Shown here in pieces: positions 20,312 to 30,965 of a stretch of 64,000 nucleotides of DNA. The stretch covers positions 5,179-69,178 of the forward strand of contig JAPLXR010000008.1 in the NCBI GenBank assembly GCA_026395955.1. The letters run 5' to 3'. Positions within the stretch are counted from its first letter, which is position 1. Each line of letters starts with the position of its first letter. The position numbers were made by a program, and so were the translations under genes. This stretch comes from Candidatus Nomurabacteria bacterium. Its GTDB lineage: Bacteria; Patescibacteriota; Minisyncoccia; Phycocordibacterales; UBA9973. The notes below the pieces were generated by a model. It ran no database searches. It was given only the letters and a program-made list of their open reading frames with translations, and had not been told where the DNA came from.

Positions 20312-22126
20312 TTACATTCCAAAAAGTTGATGTTTCAAAAGGTTTTTGTATTCCTTACAAGATTTTGAAAGTTTTTCATGAGTCCCCTCTCCTACTATTT
20401 TTCCATCTGCTACAACAAATATTTTGTCAGCATCAGCGATAGTTGAAAGTCTGTGAGCTATGATAATAGTTGTTCTACCTTTTGAACCTTTATTTATCGC
20501 ATCATGAATGAGTTTTTCATTGTGTGAATCGAGGGCACTTGTAGCTTCGTCAAAAATAAGTATTTTAGGATCTTTAATTAATGCACGAGCGATACCTATG
20601 CGTTGTCTCTCACCACCAGAAACTTTGATTCCCCCTTCACCGATCATTGTTTCGAGTCCATGGTCTTTTAACTTTTCAATAAAATCTGTCAAAGAAGCAT
20701 CTTTTACTGCTTTTTGTAATTTTTTATCTTCAACATTTTTTTGTCCTTCCGGTAATCCAAATAAAATATTATCTTTGATACTTCTATCAAATAAATCTAT
20801 TTTTTGTTCGACGTTACCTATGTGTGAACGAAGCCATTTTAAATTAATTTCTTTTAATGGAACTCCATCTATTAAAATTTCTCCATCAGTTGCTTCATAA
20901 TATCTACGTATAAGATTTACAATTGTTGTTTTACCTGAACCAGACATACCTACGAAGCCGACCTTGGCTCCAGCTGGAATTGTGAAATTAATATTTGAAA
21001 CAGTGTGATCTGGATTACTTCCTTCTATTTCTTCTTCATTTTCTTCTTGTTCTGCATTTTTACGATATGGGTATGAGAAATTTACATTTCGGAATTCTAT
21101 TTGTCCTTGTAATTTTTCTATTATTATTCCGTTTGGGTTTGGATCAATATCAGGAACGATATCTAGTAAATCAAAATATTTTCGTATTTCAACAATTTGA
21201 AAAAGCATTCTTCTTTGTGTACTCATTATATTTAATAAGTTTCCAAATATAAAACCTAACCATGACATAAGAGTAACGATCATACCTACAGAATGTTGAC
21301 CAGTTAGTATTAACCATATACCTAAACCTAAACAAGAATATTGACCTACAATAATAAATCCTCTCTGTGGATAGAAACTTTTTAAATAATCCATCCAAGT
21401 TTTTGCTTCAAAAATAGTTACTTTGTCCCAAAAATTATTGAAATTTTTAACTGTAGGTAATTCCTGGGCTTCAGAAATAACTAATGTAGAGTTTCTGTAT
21501 AATTCAGACTGCATTTTTCCTTGAGCTTGATGTTTCTTTCTTATTTCATTTATTTCTGGAAATGCTTTTTTATTTCTTTCTAACGATAGATATATATAAA
21601 TACCAACAAAAACAAAAGCAGTTAAAGCTATTCTCCAATCCATAATTGCTAATATTATTAATGTAACTAACATTTGAACAACGTTAGGTAATATATTGTA
21701 TAGTACTGCTTCAACTAATTGGTCTAGTGAATTTTGTCCCTTGTTCACAACTGTTTGTTTTACTCCTGAGTGTTCATTGATATGTTGACCGATAGAAAAT
21801 TGCAACATTTTATTTAAAGAAAATACTGAAAAAGATTTATCTATATTGCTTCCTAATTTTTGAATCTCGATACCTTCTCTATACCATGATAAAAATATAG
21901 ATTGAAAAGCTGACAATAAAAATGCAAAGATTAAAAAATAAAATGCCATTGATGCATTGTTTTTATTAACCGCGTCAATACTTTTTCCGAATAAATACGG
22001 AGATAATGTTCCTATTAATTGACTAAAAATAGTAATAAAAAAAACAATAAAAACATATTTTTTGAATGGTTTAAACAAACTAACTATCTGAGCTATAAAG
22101 CTTTTCTTGTTTTTTTCTTTATTCAT
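20312..22126 (-). CDS. ABC transporter, fused permease/ATP-binding exporter (MsbA-like type I)
   Basis: 6-TM N-domain. Walker A GMSGSGKTT, signature LSGGERQRIGIARA, Walker B ILIFDEATSALD. Confidence 0.85.
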   Translation of the reverse strand: MNKEKNKKSFIAQIVSLFKPFKKYVFIVFFITIFSQLIGTLSPYLFGKSIDAVNKNNASMAFYFLIFAFLLSAFQSIFLSWYREGIEIQKLGSNIDKSFSVFSLNKMLQFSIGQHINEHSGVKQTVVNKGQNSLDQLVEAVLYNILPNVVQMLVTLIILAIMDWRIALTAFVFVGIYIYLSLERNKKAFPEINEIRKKHQAQGKMQSELYRNSTLVISEAQELPTVKNFNNFWDKVTIFEAKTWMDYLKSFYPQRGFIIVGQYSCLGLGIWLILTGQHSVGMIVTLMSWLGFIFGNLLNIMSTQRRMLFQIVEIRKYFDLLDIVPDIDPNPNGIIIEKLQGQIEFRNVNFSYPYRKNAEQEENEEEIEGSNPDHTVSNINFTIPAGAKVGFVGMSGSGKTTIVNLIRRYYEATDGEILIDGVPLKEINLKWLRSHIGNVEQKIDLFDRSIKDNILFGLPEGQKNVEDKKLQKAVKDASLTDFIEKLKDHGLETMIGEGGIKVSGGERQRIGIARALIKDPKILIFDEATSALDSHNEKLIHDAINKGSKGRTTIIIAHRLSTIADADKIFVVADGKIVGEGTHEKLSKSCKEYKNLLKHQLFGM

Positions 22127-22146
22127 TTTTATTTTTTAGTTAACTT

Positions 22147-23169
22147 TTAAAAAAAATCTATTTTCATTGCACGGCGAACTTCATTTAATGTTTGAATTGC
22201 TTCTTCTCGAGCTTTCTCTGTACCTTCTTCTAAGATATCCATAACCATTTTTGGATTCTCTGCTAATTTTTCTCTTTTCTCACGAATAGGAGTTATTATT
22301 TCAGATAAAACTTTTGCTAAACGTTTTTTAATAGCGACATCACCTAGACCACCAGCTTCGTATTGTTTCTTTAAATCCGTAACTTCTTCTTTGTTTGTAT
22401 CAAAAATATCTAGGTACATAAATACGACATTACCTTCTACTTTACCTGGATCAGTAACATGTATGTGATTTGGATCTGTATACATTTCCATAACTTTCTT
22501 TTCTATTGTTTCATCTGAATCAGAAAGATAGATTCCATTGTTTAAAGATTTAGACATTTTTGAATTACCATCAGTGCCGACGAGACGTGGAGTTTCTCCG
22601 ACTAAATGTGAAACTCTATTAAAAGTGTCTCCGTAAATGCGATTGAAAGTATCTACTATTTCATTTGTTTGCTCAATCATTGGTTTTTGATCTTCACCAA
22701 CTGGAATCAAATTTGCTTTTGCAAATAAAATATCTGCTGCTTGAGAAACTGGATATACTAGAAACCCTGTAGGGACATCTTCACCGAAACCTTTTTGTTG
22801 CATTTCAGATTTTACTGTTGGATTTCTTTTTAAACGAGCAAGAGTTACTAGATTCATAAACAAAAGAGCTAATTCTGCAATTTCAGGAATTTGGGATTGA
22901 ATGAACATTGTTGTTTTAGCTGGATCGAGTCCACAAGCGAGGTTATCGAGTGCGACTTCGAGTGTATTGATACGGATTTTCTCTGGATTTTCAGCATTAT
23001 CAGTGAGGGCTTGCATATCAGCAACCATATAAAAAGACTTCTTTGCTTCGTCTTGAAGTTTAAGTCTGTTTTGAATAGAACCGACAAAATGTCCCAAATG
23101 GAGCTTGCCTGTTGGTCTATCGCCTGTTAAAACTATTTTTTCTTTTGTGTTTATATGGTCTTTTTCCAT
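22147..23169 (-). CDS. trpS: tryptophanyl-tRNA synthetase
   Basis: TGDRPTGKLHLGHFVG (HIGH-type) and KMSKS. 340 aa. Confidence 0.85.
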   Translation of the reverse strand: MEKDHINTKEKIVLTGDRPTGKLHLGHFVGSIQNRLKLQDEAKKSFYMVADMQALTDNAENPEKIRINTLEVALDNLACGLDPAKTTMFIQSQIPEIAELALLFMNLVTLARLKRNPTVKSEMQQKGFGEDVPTGFLVYPVSQAADILFAKANLIPVGEDQKPMIEQTNEIVDTFNRIYGDTFNRVSHLVGETPRLVGTDGNSKMSKSLNNGIYLSDSDETIEKKVMEMYTDPNHIHVTDPGKVEGNVVFMYLDIFDTNKEEVTDLKKQYEAGGLGDVAIKKRLAKVLSEIITPIREKREKLAENPKMVMDILEEGTEKAREEAIQTLNEVRRAMKIDFF

Positions 23170-23286
23170 ATTTATATATTATCATAAAATATAATATTTT
23201 TCAGCATAAATCTTTTCCCCATTTTAATAACATAGTTATGCTATTTGTCGCCTTTCACTATTTTTTCACTATGATAAAATGCTTGT

Positions 23287-24678
23287 ATGCAAAAGTTAAG
23301 AAAAAATGAAATTCGTATTCCACCACAAAGTATTGATTCAGAAAAAGCAGTACTCGGTTCAATACTACTTCGTAAAGATGCTATCAATGATATCGAAGAT
23401 GTAATAACTGGTGAATCTTTTTATGTTGAAAAACATAAAATACTTTTTGACACTATGATAGACCTAGCTCGAGCAAACGAACCTATCGATATGCTATCTC
23501 TTTCTACAAAACTTTCTGAAAGAAAACTTTTAGAAGCTGTCGGTGGTAACCAATACCTAGCTGAAATTGTAAACGTTGTTCCCTCTTCTACAAACGTTCG
23601 CCATTATGCAGATATAGTACAAAAGAAATTCATCCTCCGTTCTCTTATCGATGCTGCAGATTATGTTTCTGAACTTGCTTTTGATGAAGGCGATGATCAT
23701 ATGGAAGAAATTCTAGATCAAGCAGAAAAGAAAATGTTCTCTGTTGTTTCTTCTCCAAAAAATCAAAAATTCGTAAGTATGAAAGATGCATTACCTGAAG
23801 CATTTGATCGTCTGTCTAAGCTTCATGAAAACAAAGGTGAAATGCGCGGAATTCCTACTGGTTTTAGAGATTTAGACAATATGCTTTCTGGTTTCCAAAA
23901 ATCAGATTTGATTATTCTCGCAGCTCGTCCATCTGTCGGTAAGACAACTCTTGCTCTCGACATCGCACGTCTCGCGGCAACTGTACACAATAAATCTGTA
24001 GGTATATTTTCCCTTGAAATGTCTACCCAACAATTAATAGATAGAATGCTCTCTGCTGAATCACGCGTAAATGCTTGGAATTTACGTACTGGTAATCTGT
24101 CTTCAGATAAAGAATTTTCTCAACTTCGTGATTCTCTAGATAAACTTTCAAAAGCAAAAATATTTATCGATGACCAAGCTGGTAACTCTATTGCAAAAAT
24201 GAAAGCTGCTTCACGTCGTTTGAAAGCTGAAAAAGGTTTGGATCTTATTGTTGTCGACTACTTGCAACTTATGACTACATCAAAGAGTTATGATTCTATG
24301 GTAAACCAAGTTACTGAAATATCTCGTTCACTAAAAGGTCTCGCAAAAGAGCTCGACGTTCCTGTGCTAGCTCTTTCACAGCTTTCTCGTGCTGTGGAAT
24401 CTCGTGGTGGTAAACCTCGTCTTTCTGACCTTCGTGACTCTGGATCTATCGAACAAGACGCCGATGTAGTTATGTTTATTCACCGTGAAGATAAAGGTAA
24501 AGATGAATCCGAACGTACAAATATCGCAGAAATATTAATTGAAAAACATCGTAATGGACCTACCGGTAAAATAGACCTATACTTTGATGATAAAACTACT
24601 TCATTCCTTAATTTGGAAAAGAGTAATATGAGTGAATTTTCTGCTACAAAATCTAGTGGTGCTCTCGATGAATTTTAA
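23287..24678 (+). CDS. dnaB: replicative DNA helicase
   Basis: DnaB N-domain. Walker A ARPSVGKTT, RecA-like core. 463 aa. Confidence 0.9.
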   Translation: MQKLRKNEIRIPPQSIDSEKAVLGSILLRKDAINDIEDVITGESFYVEKHKILFDTMIDLARANEPIDMLSLSTKLSERKLLEAVGGNQYLAEIVNVVPSSTNVRHYADIVQKKFILRSLIDAADYVSELAFDEGDDHMEEILDQAEKKMFSVVSSPKNQKFVSMKDALPEAFDRLSKLHENKGEMRGIPTGFRDLDNMLSGFQKSDLIILAARPSVGKTTLALDIARLAATVHNKSVGIFSLEMSTQQLIDRMLSAESRVNAWNLRTGNLSSDKEFSQLRDSLDKLSKAKIFIDDQAGNSIAKMKAASRRLKAEKGLDLIVVDYLQLMTTSKSYDSMVNQVTEISRSLKGLAKELDVPVLALSQLSRAVESRGGKPRLSDLRDSGSIEQDADVVMFIHREDKGKDESERTNIAEILIEKHRNGPTGKIDLYFDDKTTSFLNLEKSNMSEFSATKSSGALDEF

Positions 24679-24680
24679 TT

Positions 24681-25295
24681 ATGGATAGTATCGAAAAATT
24701 AACAGAATACTTCAAAGAATTTCCTGGTATTGGAGAAAGACAAGCAAAACGTTTTGTGTATTTTTTAATGGCACGTAATCCAAATTACTCTGAAAATTTA
24801 TCTAAATTAATTTTAGATTTGAAAAAAGAAATTTCTCAGTGTAATGAATGCTTTAGATTTTTCAATGTTGGACTTCGCCAGGAAAATATTTGTAGTATTT
24901 GTGTTGATCCGAAAACTGACGCTAGTATGCTAATGATTATCGAAAAGGATTCTGATTTAGAAAGTGTTAAAAAGAGTAAAAATTATAATGGAAAATATTT
25001 TGTTCTAGGTGGACTCGTACCAATAGTAGAAAAAAGTACTCCAACCAGAATCCGCCTGAATGAATTAAAAGATAAAATAAATAACAATAAAAATAATTTA
25101 AAAGAAATAATCCTTGCTTTCTCCCTGTCACCTCAAGGTGATCATACTGACATGTATATAAAAAGCCAACTCCGAGAATTGGCTGAATCTTTGAACATAA
25201 AAATCTCTTCCCTCGGCCGTGGTCTTTCCACTGGTACTGAACTCGAGTATTCTGATAATGAAACGATAAAGAACGCTTTACAAAATAGGCATTAA
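24681..25295 (+). CDS. recR: recombination protein RecR
   Basis: HhH, then C4 zinc finger (CNECFRF...CSIC), then Toprim. Confidence 0.9.
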   Translation: MDSIEKLTEYFKEFPGIGERQAKRFVYFLMARNPNYSENLSKLILDLKKEISQCNECFRFFNVGLRQENICSICVDPKTDASMLMIIEKDSDLESVKKSKNYNGKYFVLGGLVPIVEKSTPTRIRLNELKDKINNNKNNLKEIILAFSLSPQGDHTDMYIKSQLRELAESLNIKISSLGRGLSTGTELEYSDNETIKNALQNRH

Positions 25296-25298
25296 AAA

Positions 25299-25322
25299 AT
25301 CCCTCACAACGAGGGATTTTTA
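25299..25322. terminator. bidirectional terminator between recR and rplU
   Basis: atccctc-acaac-gagggat plus T5. A-run upstream. Confidence 0.6.
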
Positions 25323-25673
25323 TGCTATTGATAGAATTTTTACTTTAAAGAATGGTTGACGGTGTCCGTTTCTCTTGAGGTAACGAGACTTTTGTTTGTA
25401 TTTAATAACCATAACCTTGCGGAGACGGCCTATTTCAACAATTTCAGCGTTTACTTTCGCACCAGAAACAAAAGGAGTACCGATTGTAGTATCTTTTGAG
25501 TCTTGAGTGAGTAATACTTCATCAAAAGATATTTTATCTCCTTTTGCGTATTCACCCTTTATTTTCTCGATAGAAACAACGTCGCCTACAGCAACTTTGT
25601 ATTGTTTTCCACCTGTTTTTATAACTGCGAATTCCATAAGTTCTATATTATACGAAAACGCTTTAAAATGCAA
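25320..25673 (-). CDS. rplU: 50S ribosomal protein L21 (true start probably the internal Met at 25637)
   Basis: MEFAVIKTGGKQYKVAVGD L21 signature begins at residue 13 of the ORF. Confidence 0.85.
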   Translation of the reverse strand: MHFKAFSYNIELMEFAVIKTGGKQYKVAVGDVVSIEKIKGEYAKGDKISFDEVLLTQDSKDTTIGTPFVSGAKVNAEIVEIGRLRKVMVIKYKQKSRYLKRNGHRQPFFKVKILSIA

Positions 25674-25730
25674 GTCCTATTTAACTTATTTAAATTTGGA
25701 GCAAAAGAAAGCTTTTGTTATAATGTATTC

Positions 25731-26651
25731 ATGATTTCAAAATATACATTTAATGGCATTGACTGGATTGATTTGCAATCCCCAACAGCCGAAGAAGTAG
25801 CTAGCTTGGTAGATGAATATTCTATAGCACCGATGGTTGCTGAAGAATTTATAACAGAAACAGTTCGTTCAAAAGTAGACCTTTATAATAATCTCATTTA
25901 TTTGGTCTTACATTTCCCTATCGATCATATGAAAAAAGATGGTAGATCTGAACAAGAGATAGATTTCGTAGTCGGTAAAAAGTTCCTTATTACTATTCAC
26001 TATGAACTCGTAAACCCATTACATGAATTTTTCAAGAAATTTGAAGTTCGTGCTTTATTAAACAAAGAAGATAAAAATCTAAAAGAAGATCATGCTGGGT
26101 ACCTCTTCTATCACATTATCAAAGAGCTTTATAAAAATGTAGCAAAAGACTTAGAAGCTTTGCATCCAGAACTTAAGAAAATAGAAATGGGGATTTTTGA
26201 AGGTCGCGAAAGAGAAACAGTTAGAATAATTTCTGACGTGAATAGAAAATTATTAAATTTCAAACAAGCAATGCGTTATCACTATGAAGCATTAAAATCT
26301 TTTGAATCAGCTGGTAAAAAATTCTTTGAACCAGAATTCGCTTTTCAATTAGAAGCAATCATAGGTGAATATAATAAAATTAAAAGTGTGATGGATTCAA
26401 ATAAAGAAATAATAGTTGATTTACGTGAGACAAATGATTCACTGCTCGCAAACAAAACAAATGATACAATGAAAATACTGACAATTATTACTTTTCTAAT
26501 TTCTCCTGTTAGTGTTATATCTAGTATTTTTATGATGAATACAGACTTTGTTCTTATTCATGGAATGGGTCAATTCTATATAATATTAGGTTCAATGTTG
26601 CTCACTAGTATTGCCGTATTTGTCTTCTTCAAAGTTAAGAAATGGTTTTAA
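25731..26651 (+). CDS. corA: CorA-family Mg2+/Co2+ transporter
   Basis: CorA cytoplasmic domain, two C-terminal TMs, MMN (GMN-variant) motif. The track ORF starts at 25602 inside rplU; the likely start is MISKYTF at 25731. Confidence 0.8.
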   Translation: MISKYTFNGIDWIDLQSPTAEEVASLVDEYSIAPMVAEEFITETVRSKVDLYNNLIYLVLHFPIDHMKKDGRSEQEIDFVVGKKFLITIHYELVNPLHEFFKKFEVRALLNKEDKNLKEDHAGYLFYHIIKELYKNVAKDLEALHPELKKIEMGIFEGRERETVRIISDVNRKLLNFKQAMRYHYEALKSFESAGKKFFEPEFAFQLEAIIGEYNKIKSVMDSNKEIIVDLRETNDSLLANKTNDTMKILTIITFLISPVSVISSIFMMNTDFVLIHGMGQFYIILGSMLLTSIAVFVFFKVKKWF

Positions 26652-26659
26652 ATAATAAA

Positions 26660-28039
26660 ATGAATATCAAATTATATAATACTCTTACGAGAGAAAAAGA
26701 AGATTTTTCACCAATAGATCCAAAAGAGGTTCGTATGTATACTTGCGGGCCTACAGTTTACAATTATGCTCATATAGGTAATCTACGGTCGTATGTCTTT
26801 GCAGATACTCTACGCAGGACTCTAAAATATTTTGATTATAACGTAAAACAAGTTGTAAATATTACAGATATCGGCCACCTAGCTAGTGATGCTGATTCCG
26901 GTGATGATAAAATGACTAAAGGCTTACTTCGTGAAGGTAAAGAATTAAATTTACAAAACATGCGACTACTTGCTGAATTTTATACTGATAGATTCAAAGA
27001 GGATTTACAGAAATTAAATATTCTCACACCGAGCATTCTCGCTTTTGCTTCAGATTATATCAATGAAGATGTTGAACTTATTCAAAGATTAGAAAAAAAT
27101 GGTTTTACTTATAAAATAACTGATGGAATATATTTTGATACGGAAAAATTCCCTGAATATGGAGTACTCCGAAATGGAATTCAAAAAAATGAAGACGGGG
27201 AATCTAGAATCGGTGTAAATTCTGAAAAACATAATCCTGCAGATTTTGCTTTGTGGAAATTCGATCCTAAGATAGGATATCCTTCACCTTGGGGTCAAGG
27301 TTTTCCTGGTTGGCATATCGAATGTTCTGCTATGGGAATAAAATTTTTAGGTGAACAATTCGACATTCATACTGGAGGTATCGACCATATACCAGTGCAT
27401 CATACAAATGAAATTGCTCAGTCTGAGTGTGCTACAGGTAAAAGTCCTTTTGTAAAATATTGGCTTCATCATGAACACCTCGATATGGCTGGAGAGAAGA
27501 TGGCAAAATCAGGTGACAATTTTTTGCGTCTAAAACTCTTAGAAGAAAAAGATATCAATCCACTTGCCTATCGTTTTTGGCTTTTAATGGGCAACTACCG
27601 AACTAAAATGAATTTCAATTGGGAAGCACTAGAAGGTGCTCAAACAGCCTTAAAACGCCTTTTTAGGGCTTATATAGACCTTGGAAATGACCTTGGAACC
27701 TTGAATTCTGACTATCAAAACAAGTTCAAAGAATACATAGCAGATGACCTAGATACTCCAAAAGCTCTAACTTTAATATGGGATCTTTTGAAAGATGAAA
27801 AAATCTCAAATACTGATAAAAAAGCTACATTATTAGATTTTGATAAAGTACTCGGCCTCGGTTTAGAAAAATTAAAAGAAGACAATATTTCAGATGAAGT
27901 AACAGCTATTGCCGAAGAACGCGAACTAGCTCGTAAGAATAAAGATTTCCAAAAATCAGATGAACTCCGTGTTCAAATAAATATACTAGGTTATGAAATA
28001 AAAGACTCTTCTGAAGGTTATAAAATCTTTAAGATTTAA
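26660..28039 (+). CDS. cysS: cysteinyl-tRNA synthetase
   Basis: CGPTVYNYAHIGN (HIGH) and KMAKSGDN (KMSKS). Start chosen at MNIKLYN, just after the corA stop. Confidence 0.9.
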   Translation: MNIKLYNTLTREKEDFSPIDPKEVRMYTCGPTVYNYAHIGNLRSYVFADTLRRTLKYFDYNVKQVVNITDIGHLASDADSGDDKMTKGLLREGKELNLQNMRLLAEFYTDRFKEDLQKLNILTPSILAFASDYINEDVELIQRLEKNGFTYKITDGIYFDTEKFPEYGVLRNGIQKNEDGESRIGVNSEKHNPADFALWKFDPKIGYPSPWGQGFPGWHIECSAMGIKFLGEQFDIHTGGIDHIPVHHTNEIAQSECATGKSPFVKYWLHHEHLDMAGEKMAKSGDNFLRLKLLEEKDINPLAYRFWLLMGNYRTKMNFNWEALEGAQTALKRLFRAYIDLGNDLGTLNSDYQNKFKEYIADDLDTPKALTLIWDLLKDEKISNTDKKATLLDFDKVLGLGLEKLKEDNISDEVTAIAEERELARKNKDFQKSDELRVQINILGYEIKDSSEGYKIFKI

Positions 28040-29721
28040 ATAGCATCTAATTCCATCCAGAAAGTAGAACCTTTGTCTGGGCCATCAGAATCGACACCAA
28101 CTTTACCTTTGTGTCCTTCTTCAATAATTTTCTTTGCGAGATATAGACCGAGTCCTGAACCTCCAGCATTTACTTTTCCACCTTCAGCACGAGAGAATTT
28201 TTGAAATAGCTTTGCTTTTATTTCTGGAGTCATTCCCATGCCAGTATCTTTGATAGATAGACGAATTTTCTTTGTAGCTTCATCTTTAGTTAAAATAACT
28301 TTTATTGTTCCTGTCTTTGTATATTTAATAGAATTATCTATAAAGTTTAAGATAACCTGACGAATTTTTTCCATATCACCTTTTACCATATATGGTGATT
28401 TTTTATCTGTTTCGAAAGTCAATTTCAATCCTTTCTTTTTTGCTGTGACAGATAGGTCTGCAGTTAAATCTTTTGGTGCTTTTTCAAAGTCAAAATCTGC
28501 CATTATATATTGCATTCCACCTTGTTCTATTTTTGTAACGTTCAACAAATCTTCTACTGTTGTAGATAAATGGCGACTTGATTGGTATACACGATCAATA
28601 GCTTCTTTTTGTTTGTCATCCATTTGACCGAAAGATCCATCGAGTAGCATAGATGTGTATCCTATAATAGCCGTCAAAGGACTACGCAGTTGGTGTGAAG
28701 CGAGAGAAAGGAATTCTGTCTTTAATTTATCTAGAGATTGTAATTTTTCATTCGCATTTTCTAATTTTACATTAGATTCTTCAAGTCTCATTTTAGAACT
28801 TTCTAAATCAACTGATAGTTTTTCAATATGAACACGTTGATCTGATTCACGTTTTAAGTTTCTGTATAAAATTATAGAAATAGCTAAAGAAATAATAATT
28901 GTAATTATAGTCAATAATTGGTCGGCTGCACCGTTAACGAAGAATAATTGTCCCCCCATCAATATTACGAGCCCCGCTACAAGATAATGCGTACCTAACA
29001 TTTTAAAGTTAAAAATATCAAGTTCAAATACAGCATAAATAATTGTAACTAAAAATAACGGAAGTATAAAAAGACTATAGAGATTATACTCATATACTCC
29101 TGTAATAGAGGAAATATATTCAGTGATACCAAAAACAGAAAGAAAAGCAAAAATAGAACTTAATACAATAATATCAGCCTTACGTATTTTTTTGTCTTTT
29201 TGTTTGAAAAATGATCTTACTATATAAAAAAGTATTATTAAAAGAATGATACTTTCAGCCACTAATTTATAATTAGAAAGAAAATTATTATTATTGGCTT
29301 CACACGCTGGTTGATTAAACCCTGTTACAGATTGTCCTGTTATTGTTAAATAAAAAGGTGTTATTAATAACAAAGTAAACATTAATTTGATATACCATTT
29401 AGTGTCCCTTTCTTGAACGAAAGTAATTATAAAATATAAACCTAGAACATAGAATATAATTTCAATAAAATCTAAAAATGACCAAACACTATAAATTACA
29501 TGATAATCAGTTGTTGTCCAAGTTATCAAATCACCTATAAGCCATAAACAGAAAGAAACTACAAAGGCTAGAAATATTTTTGAATAAATATTGAATTTTG
29601 CTTTTATAAATATAAAAATAGCTAAAGCTAATGATAAAATTATTGGAATTATATGAGCATAACTAGCTAAAACAACTAAGTCTTTATTTATTGTTGTTAC
29701 AAACAAATAGCAGGAATTCAT
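28036..29721 (-). CDS. sensor histidine kinase with polytopic (~8 TM) membrane sensor domain; no response regulator nearby
   Basis: H-box LSLASHQLRSPLTAI. HATPase_c G-boxes (GGSGLGLYLAKK). Confidence 0.85.
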   Translation of the reverse strand: MNSCYLFVTTINKDLVVLASYAHIIPIILSLALAIFIFIKAKFNIYSKIFLAFVVSFCLWLIGDLITWTTTDYHVIYSVWSFLDFIEIIFYVLGLYFIITFVQERDTKWYIKLMFTLLLITPFYLTITGQSVTGFNQPACEANNNNFLSNYKLVAESIILLIILFYIVRSFFKQKDKKIRKADIIVLSSIFAFLSVFGITEYISSITGVYEYNLYSLFILPLFLVTIIYAVFELDIFNFKMLGTHYLVAGLVILMGGQLFFVNGAADQLLTIITIIISLAISIILYRNLKRESDQRVHIEKLSVDLESSKMRLEESNVKLENANEKLQSLDKLKTEFLSLASHQLRSPLTAIIGYTSMLLDGSFGQMDDKQKEAIDRVYQSSRHLSTTVEDLLNVTKIEQGGMQYIMADFDFEKAPKDLTADLSVTAKKKGLKLTFETDKKSPYMVKGDMEKIRQVILNFIDNSIKYTKTGTIKVILTKDEATKKIRLSIKDTGMGMTPEIKAKLFQKFSRAEGGKVNAGGSGLGLYLAKKIIEEGHKGKVGVDSDGPDKGSTFWMELDAI

Positions 29722-29724
29722 AAA

Positions 29725-30531
29725 TTATTTTTTAGGTATTAATTTTTTAATATGTGAAGGATGACTAATCCAATATTCTTCATTTTCAATGTCTAATAAT
29801 GAAATTGGTACAATTAATGGTTTTACTCCTGTTAAGTTTTCTATTTCATTTATTGATGGTAATACTATGTTTTTAGTAAAATCTCCTTCAGAATCTTTAG
29901 AAGTTAAGAAATTTTCAAATAAAATTCCATGACAAACAAAGAGTAGTAAAAAATTTGTATAATAATGTGAAGCATCATTACCATTCCTGTCGTACCAACC
30001 TGAAATATCATGAAAGATTAAATCTTCAGGTAATTCATAATGTTTGAATAATTTTCTATGAAAATCAATTAGTGGTTCTTCCCATAAAGTAACTATATCT
30101 CTTATTTTTTTTCCATCGTATTTAACGAGATCTATTATATTTATTTTTTCAAACAAATCATTACCATTTTTATTTATTCCGTTATGTACCCTAATTTGAC
30201 AAAGTGAATGTTTAAAATTATTTTTAGAAGTAAATTTATCGTCAGGATATTCAAAAAGTATAGTTTCTAAATTATTTTCTTTTGTTATTTTAATAAAATG
30301 TTGAGTATCAACATTTGGAGTTGCTACTTGCCTAGCAAAAACACCACATTTTTTATTTTTCAATACTTCTGGTATATCACCATTAAGTAATTCCTCAATT
30401 CTGGCTATTAATACTGGATCTTTTTGTCTTTCTTCAAGCAAACGAAGTGCCTCAGAAAGTGGCGTATAAACTATCTGATTAAAGATATTTCTATCTGACA
30501 TTATTGTATTGTAATCACCTATTGAAGTCAT
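29725..30531 (-). CDS. hypothetical cytoplasmic protein (no recognised domain)
   Basis: 268 aa. 3-nt gap to the HK and 2-nt gap to the Cys-rich gene. Confidence 0.5.
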   Translation of the reverse strand: MTSIGDYNTIMSDRNIFNQIVYTPLSEALRLLEERQKDPVLIARIEELLNGDIPEVLKNKKCGVFARQVATPNVDTQHFIKITKENNLETILFEYPDDKFTSKNNFKHSLCQIRVHNGINKNGNDLFEKINIIDLVKYDGKKIRDIVTLWEEPLIDFHRKLFKHYELPEDLIFHDISGWYDRNGNDASHYYTNFLLLFVCHGILFENFLTSKDSEGDFTKNIVLPSINEIENLTGVKPLIVPISLLDIENEEYWISHPSHIKKLIPKK

Positions 30532-30533
30532 AA

Positions 30534-30941
30534 TTAATTTGCTGTATTGCTAATAGGTGTAATGTCACTTATTGGGGTAGTTGTAGGTGTAGGTAAAACA
30601 CAAGTTCCATCCACTATATCTGAATCAGTACACTCTGTTTTTACACAAGCGGTATTATTTGTACAAAAATCTGTACAATCTTCATTTGCACATTTGTCGA
30701 AATCTTTAGCACTCATTGTATAAGTATTGTAATAAGAAAGATTATTTGGAGGACAATTTCCAGCTATAGAACAATCACGATAAAAACATGTTTGTGTTGT
30801 TGAATCGCATTTAGTTTCAACTATAAAGTCATAATTTTTTTTAAAATAAAAAAGATAAAAAGAAACAACAATACTAATAAGACAACTTATAATTAATGTA
30901 TATAGAAACATATTGTGTGTTTTTTTATCTTCTGTTGGCAT
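30534..30941 (-). CDS. membrane-anchored cysteine-rich extracellular miniprotein
   Basis: N-terminal TM anchor. About 15 Cys in ~80 aa (CxxxxxxC patterns). T/P-rich C-terminal tail. Confidence 0.55.
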   Translation of the reverse strand: MPTEDKKTHNMFLYTLIISCLISIVVSFYLFYFKKNYDFIVETKCDSTTQTCFYRDCSIAGNCPPNNLSYYNTYTMSAKDFDKCANEDCTDFCTNNTACVKTECTDSDIVDGTCVLPTPTTTPISDITPISNTAN

Positions 30942-30965
30942 AGGTTTATATTAACATATTTTAAA

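Noticed and set aside
23112-23309. 65-aa ORF spanning the trpS/dnaB divergent intergenic region.
   Set aside because: It overlaps both gene starts, is AT-rich with low complexity, and has no motif. It is probably a promoter region rather than a gene.
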